DNA of 64,000 nucleotides from the human T2T-CHM13v2.0 reference genome, Homo sapiens: NCBI RefSeq assembly GCF_009914755.1, contig NC_060942.1. One strand, given 5' to 3'. The position numbers were made by a program, and so were the translations under genes. Shown in pieces: positions 56,272 through 64,000 of this stretch (position 1 is its first letter; every line of letters begins with the position of its first letter). Below the pieces are notes generated by a model. It was not told the origin of the DNA. It saw only the letters and a list, made by a program, of their open reading frames with translations, and did no database searches.

Positions 56272-56453
56272 ACAATGAGAACACTTGGACACAGGAAGGG
56301 GAACATCACACTCTGGGGACTGTTGTGGGATGGGGGGAGGGATAGCATTAGGAGATATACCTAATGCTAAATGACGAGTTAATGGGTGTAGCACACCAAC
56401 ATGGCACATGTATACATATGTAACAAACCTGCACATTGTGCACATGTACCCTA

Positions 56454-56558
<105 letters not shown>

Positions 56559-56922
56559 TCAGCATCATTTACTGAATAGAAGATCGTTTTCCCATTGCTT
56601 GTTTTTGTCAAGGTCATCAAAGATTAGATGGTTGTAGATGCATGGTGTTATTTCTGAGGACTCTGTTCTGCTCCATTGGTCTATATGTCTGTTTTGGTAT
56701 GAGTACCATACTGTTTTGGTTACTGTAGCCTTGTAGTATAGTTTGAAGTCAGGTAGCATGCTGCCTTTAGTTTATTCTTTTTGCTTAGGATTGTCTCAGC
56801 TATTCAGGGTCTTCTTTTATTTCATATGAAATTTAAAACATTTTTGTAATTCTGTGAAGAATGTCAATGGTAGTTTGATGAGAATAGTATTGAATCTATA
56901 GTTTACTTTGGGCATTATGGCC

Positions 56923-59095
56923 CAAAACCCCATCCAAGCGTCAGTAGCCTCAAAGACTGAAACTAGACAATCAAAGATGAGAAAGAATCAACCAAACAAT
57001 GCTGAAAACCAACAGGCCAGAGTGTCTCTTCTCCTCCAAATGATTGCAACATTTCTCCATCAAGCGTGCAGAACTGGATGAAGGATCAGATGGATGAATT
57101 GACAGAAGTAGACTTCAGAAGATGGGTAATAAAAACTACCCTGAGCTAAAGGAGCATGTTCTAACCCAATGCAAAGAAGCTAAGAACCTTGATAAAAGGT
57201 TAAAGGAATTGCTAACTAGAATAACCAGTTTACAGAGGAACATAAATGATCTGAAGGAGCTGAAAAACACATCACAAGAACTTCGTGTAGCATACACAAG
57301 TATCAACAGCTGAATCAACCAAGTGGAAGAAAGGATATCAGAGTTTGAAGATCACCTTACTGAAATAAGACATGCAGACAAGAATAGAGAAAAAGGAATG
57401 AAAATGAATGAACATAGCCTCCAAGAAATATGGGACTCCATAAGAACACTGAACCTACGGTTGATTGGAGTACCTGAAGGAGACAGGGAGAATGGAAACA
57501 AGCTGGAAAACACACTTCAGGATATTATCCAGGAGAACTTCCCCAACCTTGCAAGACAGGTCAACATGCAAATTCAGGAAATACAGAAAACACCGTTAAG
57601 ATATTCCACAAGAAGATCAACCCCAAGACACACGATCATCATATTCTCCAAAGTCGGAGTGAAGGAAAAACTGTTAAGGGCAGCCAGAGAGAAAGGCTAG
57701 GTCACCTACAAAGGGAAACCCATCAGACTAACAGTGGACCTCTCAGAAGAAACCCTATAAGGCAGAAGAGATTGGGGGCCAACATTCGACATTCTTAAAG
57801 AAAAGAATTTTCAACCCGGAATTCCATATCCAGCCAAATTAAGCTTCATAAGCAAAGGAGAAATAAAATCCTTTTTAAATAAGTAAATGCTGAGAGATTT
57901 TGTTACCACCAGGCCTGCCCTGCAAGAGCTCCTGAAAGAAGCACTAAATGTTGAAAGGAAAAACTGGTACCAGCCACTGCAAAAACATACCAAAATATAA
58001 AGACCAATGATACTATGAAGAAACTGCATCAACTAGTGTGCAAAATAACCAAATATCATCATGATGACAAGCTCAAATTCACACATAACAATACTAACAC
58101 TAAATGTAAATGGGATAAATGCCCCTATTGAAATACTAAGACTGGCAAATTGGATAAGGAGTCAAGACATATTGGTGTACTGTATTCAGAAGACCCATTT
58201 TATGTGCAAAGGCACAAACAGGCTCAAAATAAAGGGATGGAGGAAAAATTACAAAGCAAATGGAAAGCGAACAAACAAATAAACAAACAAAAAAAACAGG
58301 GGTTGCAATACTAGTCTCTGACAAAACAGACTTTAAACCAACGAAGATCAAAAAAGACAAAGAAGGGCATTACATAATGGTAAAAGGATCAATTCATCAA
58401 AAAGAGCTAACTATCCTAAATATATATGCACCCTATACAGGAGCACCCAAGTTCATAAAACAAGTTCATAGAGACCCACAAAGAGACTTAGGCTCTCACA
58501 AATAATAGTGGGAGACGTTAACAACCCATTGTCAATATTAGACAGATCAACGAAACAGAAAATTTAGACAGATCATTGGAACAGAAAATTGACAGGGATA
58601 TTTAGGACTTGAACTCAGCTCTGGATCAAGTGGACCTAGTAGATGTCTACAGCATTCTCTACCCCAAATCAACAGAACATGACATTCTCCTCAGTGTCAC
58701 ATGGAACTTATTCTAAAATCAACCACATAATTGGAAGTAAAACACTCCTCAGCAAATGCAAAATAATTGGAATCATGACAGTTTCTGAGACCACAGTGGA
58801 ATCAAATTAGAACTCAAGATTAAGAAACTCACTCAAAACCACACAATTACATGGAAATTGAACAACCTGCTCCTGAATGACCCCTGGGTAAATAAGGAAA
58901 TTAAGGCAGAGATCAAGAAGATCTTTGCAACCAATGAGAAAAAAGAGACAACATACCAGAATCTCTGGGACACAGCTAAAGCAGTGTTAAGAGGGAAATT
59001 TATAGCACTAAATGCCCACATCAGAAACTACAAAGATCTCAAATCAACACCCTAACATCAAAATTAAAAGAGGTAGAGGGGCAAGAGCAAACTAA
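56923..59095 (+). mobile_element. Inverted 5' part of the L1PA8-like element (5' UTR end, ORF1, ORF2 endonuclease)
   Basis: ORF1 relic LKEHVLTQCKEAKNLDKRL...EERISEFEDHL (PA7/8 type); EN relic TILTLNVNG, GVAILVSDKTDFKPT; bounded by the TSD shared with 48883-48895. Confidence 0.88.
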
Positions 59096-60330
59096 TTTTT
59101 TTCTTCATAAGTTTCAAGCTGACCCAACACTATTTATTGATAAGATGCTTCTTCCTCCAAAGCTTTCCATAAGTGAATTGGGCATATATGAGTGAATTTG
59201 CTTATGGGCTCCTACTCTGATCATTGGGCTGTCAGTTTACCCTAAAGCCAATAGTATGTTGCCCAAATTACTACAACTTTGTAATAAGTCTTGATAAACA
59301 ATAAAGTTTTTCTGTTATGTTAACTATTCAATATTCTCTATGATATTCCTGGACTCTTGAACATTCACATACAATTTAAAATGAACCTTTCAACTTTTAG
59401 ATTCACATATTTTAACTATGAAATATATGTTTGGATTATATTAAATTTATAGTTTAACTTAGGGGAAGGGTTTAGTATGTTTGATATAAAGAATATTTCA
59501 ATCAGTGAACATGATAAATTCTTTTTATTTATTGAGGTTTATAATTTCTTTCATTAGGGTTTAATAGTTTTTGTTTTGAGATATTTTATATGTTTAATAC
59601 AATAAGTGGTACTATTCCTCAAGGTCTACATTTTCAGAGAATATAATTATGTAAAAATACAATTGATTGTCTTGTGTTGACTTGTGTCCAGGTATTTTAA
59701 TAAACAAATTTAAACATTCTTATATATTTCCTTAAATTATTTTGAAGTTTTCATTTAGAGAATCCTTATACGGGTGAATAATGACATCAAATGAGATCCA
59801 CAAGAAAGCTTTTATAATTTTACCATTAATTATGCTTTTTTAGATGTTTGTAGATACCATTTGACTAAGAAGTTACATCCCATTTCCAGTTAGCTAAGTT
59901 TATTTTTTAGCTTTTAAGTGGATTTAATAAATTTAACAAAATTTATTATTTAAATGTTGAATAAAATTAGCAAGTATATTCATCAAATTGAGATAATTCT
60001 AAGATTTTTATTATTTTATTAATATGGCATCTTATATTTATTGTTTTTCAATTATTAATCCAATCTGGAATTACAGAAATTTATCATTTTTTCTTGTTAT
60101 ATTGACTTTCTAAAATGTTGCAATTATTTTTATATTTTACTTAGGTCTTTTGCTTCAATGTTCATTTGTAAAATTGGCATGAAATTTTACTCGATTATGT
60201 CCTTGTCCAGTTAAATGTCAGTATTATTCTGGGCTCATTAAGGTAGGTACTCTCTTTCTTTTTATTTACTGTAGGCATTTTTCCATGATTGGGATTACTT
60301 TTCTTAAATATTTGATAGAGTTTACTGGTG
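59094..60330 (-). mobile_element. Ancient L1M (ME-like) ORF2 relic, host of the L1PA8 insertion (other part ~48450-48895)
   Basis: ccaacactatttattga; ttactacaactttgtaataagtcttgata; ttggattatattaaatttatagtttaacttagggg. Confidence 0.65.
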
Positions 60331-60494
60331 AACAAAAATCTGATCCTAGAGCAGTGTTTCGTTCGTTTGATTTTGCTTTGGAAAAATTTAAATATTTTAA
60401 ATTATAAATTTACTAGCTTCACTTATTACTATATGGATCACCAATTTTGTCTCATGATAGCTGTAAAAATTGCATTCTTAAAAATATTTTACAT

Positions 60495-60594
60495 ACATTT
60501 TCATATTATTTCCACATGTATTATAATATCATTGTGTACCCATAAATATATACAAGTACTTATCAATTAAAAATAAAATCAAAATAAAATGAAA
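60495..60594 (+). mobile_element. Short L1MA/PB-type 3' tail
   Basis: tatcattgtgtacccataaatatataca...tatcaattaaaaataaaatcaaaataaaa. Confidence 0.6.
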
Positions 60595-62659
60595 TACTGT
60601 CCATAATATATTATCATTACCTTTTAAAAATTCTTTAGTACTGCAGTGATGTATTTTCATGGGCTACCCTGCATTATTTGTGCTTTCTCTTTGTATTCTT
60701 TTATCAGTCTCATTAGTGGTTCAACCATTTTGTCTTTTGAAAACATCAGCAATTTATTTTTGCATTATAATTTCAGATACTCTTAAGGATAAAAATGGGA
60801 TTTTACTTACATACTATAAGTGTCAAGGAGATGCACACAAAGGCTTTGTAACTAAGATACAAGGAGTTAAAATGGAAACTGGTGGGTTAATGAAATGTCT
60901 TGTTTGTGGGAAAATGATTGCCAGAAAACAAAGCTAGATGTATTTATTTTAATAATGTCTGTAAAAATAGGTTCAGCAGTATACCCACTTATCTACAATA
61001 GCATGTCTCAATAAAATATTCTAATTCTTTAAATAAGATTATTCTAACAGAAGCATATATATATTTTTTTCAATTTTGATATATTTGCATATATATATTT
61101 GTTGGATTATTTCATAATAGAGTTAGAACAAATATTTTATTAATTTGTCTTTGGTCACTATATAACAATATTACTAAATTGATAAAACACACTAATTTGC
61201 ATTATTTTTGTATACCCCTCTTTGGGTCAAAGTAGCAAATATCCTTATCAACAAATAGCTATTCAAATATTTATTAATGTATTTATTCAATAAACAAACA
61301 CTAAATAGCACCTTATTTGAGGGATTGGGTTAGGTTATTTTTACAGTAGCATTTTGCTTCAAATGCTCTTTCATTTGTGTGTTTGTTCACATATTTAAGC
61401 ACTCATTTGCCTTTTATTATTTTCAATAGTTTGAAATATTCATTAGTGTTAAACTGAGGCTAAAATGTGTATCACTTGCGTAGCCACCCATCCTCCTCAT
61501 TTCTTCATCTACAAGGATCTCTTGTACATCCCCACTCCCATATAAATAGTAAGTTTTTTTTCCACAGGAACTGGATCTCGTCACCACAATACTTAAGACC
61601 TATTACAAGGACTTCTAAATTACCCATCTTTCTCTGGTAGTGGATGCTGCAAATAGAAAAGATTGGGATGTACCAATGACTGTATTTTCCTCTATGTTTA
61701 AAAGAGATAAGGAAAGAATGAGGAAGAAAGAATACTGAAAACATTCTAGTCCTTAGTTTCTCATATGTCTGAGGCAACCATCACTTTTCCTTTCTTCAAA
61801 TTTTATTTCTCTAGAATTAGATTATTCTCACTTACAGAGCAAAAAACCCTCTGTTTTTGTTGCTGTATTTCTGCAGCCTAGATCACTAGAACTACTAAAA
61901 GTAAACACATTGCTCACAGCACATTCATACGTAAATTCTTCATTTTGCAGCCAGATGCCTTCCAGAATGGCTTTAATACCCTAATTCTCACCAATTGTAT
62001 ATAAGTAACTTTTATCTTACACAATTTTCAACCACATACCTTATTCATTTTTTCACCTTTACTTCTTCAAAATCAATTAGTTCTCCCAGCTTTCATGTTT
62101 GTTGAAATACTAGCCACTGGGTCATAAAGATAGGAAGAAGCAAGTGAGTCTAAGAAAGAAACAAAACAAATTCTGAGAATTTAAGGACTACAAGATTTGG
62201 GAAGATCTTTTTGTTCCACAGCGGTTTTAATTTCTCTCCTGACATAAACATGACTCCTGTGTGTTGACCACCATGAGCCTAAAAATGAATGGAGGAAAAC
62301 GACTAGAACTGGGTGAAGATTATGAATTAGTAAACACAAACATGTTTGTATTTAGTGCCCCTGGTAGCCTAAACGGAGAAGAGCAAAAGTCATTATGCTC
62401 TGTTATAGTTACAAGACAGAGCTACTTTTTAAAAGGAATACTTAAGAGGCTTTGAAGTTGAACAATACTTATTATGTCATATAGATATTTAAAAATAAAT
62501 AATTCTAGTTCCTGATATGGTATATCTCCCTTACATTCAAAACTGTAATTTTTGGAGAACATGAAATATATTTTTACATGTTTAATTTTAACAAGTGAAT
62601 GGAATTTAGAGGAATTGGCTGGCTTCATGTTAATTCCTAGTAACAAAACCATCTGTAAT

Positions 62660-62785
62660 AAGAGCAAGCATGTATTGAGTGCTTACATGTTTAAATGGGT
62701 CTCAAAATGTAATATGGATAATTCCATTACTTTTCACAATAACACCTGCAAGTAAATACTATTAATTTAGTTCCTCTTTACAGTT
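62660..62785 (-). mobile_element. MIR fragment
   Basis: gtattgagtgcttac...ttcacaataacacctgcaagtaaatactattaat...tttacag. Confidence 0.55.
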
Positions 62786-64000
62786 TTTTTTCAGAATTCT
62801 ATACTAACTCCATAGAGATAGATATTTTCTTTTTCAGCAACTCCTCTGGCTGTTTCTATGAGTTAAACTGATATAAATATAGGGAGTCTGAATGAATTGT
62901 ACAGTTGTTTGATGATAAAAGATTGAAGATGTAAGCTTCTGTAAGACATGTGAGAATGCTAGCTCTGCTCAGACCCCAAAAATGTAGCAAGGATGAAGCC
63001 TAAGTATAAAATATTTTAAAGTAGAAAAGGGTCTGGGCAAGTGTTTTAGTCAATGCTGAAGAGAGCTGTCCAATAAATGAAGTAGAAAAGAAAAATAATT
63101 TCTTGCTAATATGACATAAAATAGGTAGTATAATCATGAGTTGAGAACCATAGGTCTCCTAATTAGTTAAGGGTTTTTGCCCAAGTTAGTTTTCCTCTGC
63201 CTGTTCTTCTGTTGATTCATTGTTAAAATGAAGCTAGTTATATACGTTGATTTAATTGATAGGAGAAAACATAAAAATACACACGTATAATTTAGTCATT
63301 TATAAATCCAAAACAATGTAGAACTAGCGAAATGATGCTCAATAGTTAATTAGAAAATGTTTCCTGATTTGGTATTCTGGAGCTATAGATAATTAACAAC
63401 TTCTGACAAGCAGTTCATCTAGACAATACGATTCAATGGCTTTTAATTGAATTATGTCTATGTGTTTGTTACTTCCTTTTGTTTCCCTGCATCAATTTTA
63501 AGTTCACAATAATAGATACATTAAAACTGCTTACAACCCTATGTCTGCCAGTTAAAGGATTAATTAAGGCAGGTTGAATGCAATTCAATTAATGCTTTTT
63601 ATCTGGCGGCTGTTTCTTTGCTTGTATATACTTTGTGCTAGTGTTTGTAATAAAATCAGATACTGCCCATTGGTTGTAGCAGTAAGGAATGCCTGGGCCC
63701 AGCAGGTTCAGTTCTAGAATTTAATGACATCTCATGAGGCACACACTTGGGGGTCTGGCAAAAAAGTTATTGATTTTTAAAAAAATGAATGGACCTGTCA
63801 GCTTCCAACACAAATTGTTCCACATATAGGCTACTTTTGTCTTGGAAATTTGAGAGGGAATACAAAAGTCGGAGAGTTTGTCTTTGTGGTCTGAAGATCG
63901 AGGGTGCTTTGTTACATGATGGGAGGTACTCTACACAATTTTTATAGACTTCTAAAATTCTGAGATCAGGGTGAAAAGGGAGAGTAGTTTCATAGCATTT

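Noticed and set aside
58534-58590. ~26-bp tandem duplication TTAGACAGATCA..AACAGAAAA in the inverted L1 segment
   Set aside because: Real but an ordinary slippage event in a dead element.

Overview
Primate (most likely human) AT-rich intergenic or deep-intronic DNA made mostly of interspersed repeats. I find no cellular protein-coding gene, rRNA, tRNA or CRISPR array, and no convincing novel gene system. All recognisable ORFs derive from retroelements or simple repeats. Main structures: (1) a decayed HERV-L provirus (minus, 7565-14695) split in pol by a complete THE1B element with a 5-bp TSD, internally deleted, and with its 5' LTR cut off at a perfect 32-bp palindrome; (2) a MER41B solo LTR with one intact GAS/STAT motif; (3) an L1MA-type element hosting a ~1.55-kb TA/GG minisatellite with an internal inversion, a short L1P 3' end and a U7 snRNA retropseudogene; (4) a triple nest L1MC > MLT2D > MER47B; (5) a nest in which an ancient L1M hosts a 5'-inverted (twin-primed) L1PA8 with an exact 13-bp TSD, which in turn hosts an AluS and a full-length L1PA3/4 with an intact 338-aa ORF1; (6) a very young AluY (Yc1-like) that may be polymorphic. 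Subfamily names come from remembered consensus sequences and need RepeatMasker/Dfam confirmation.
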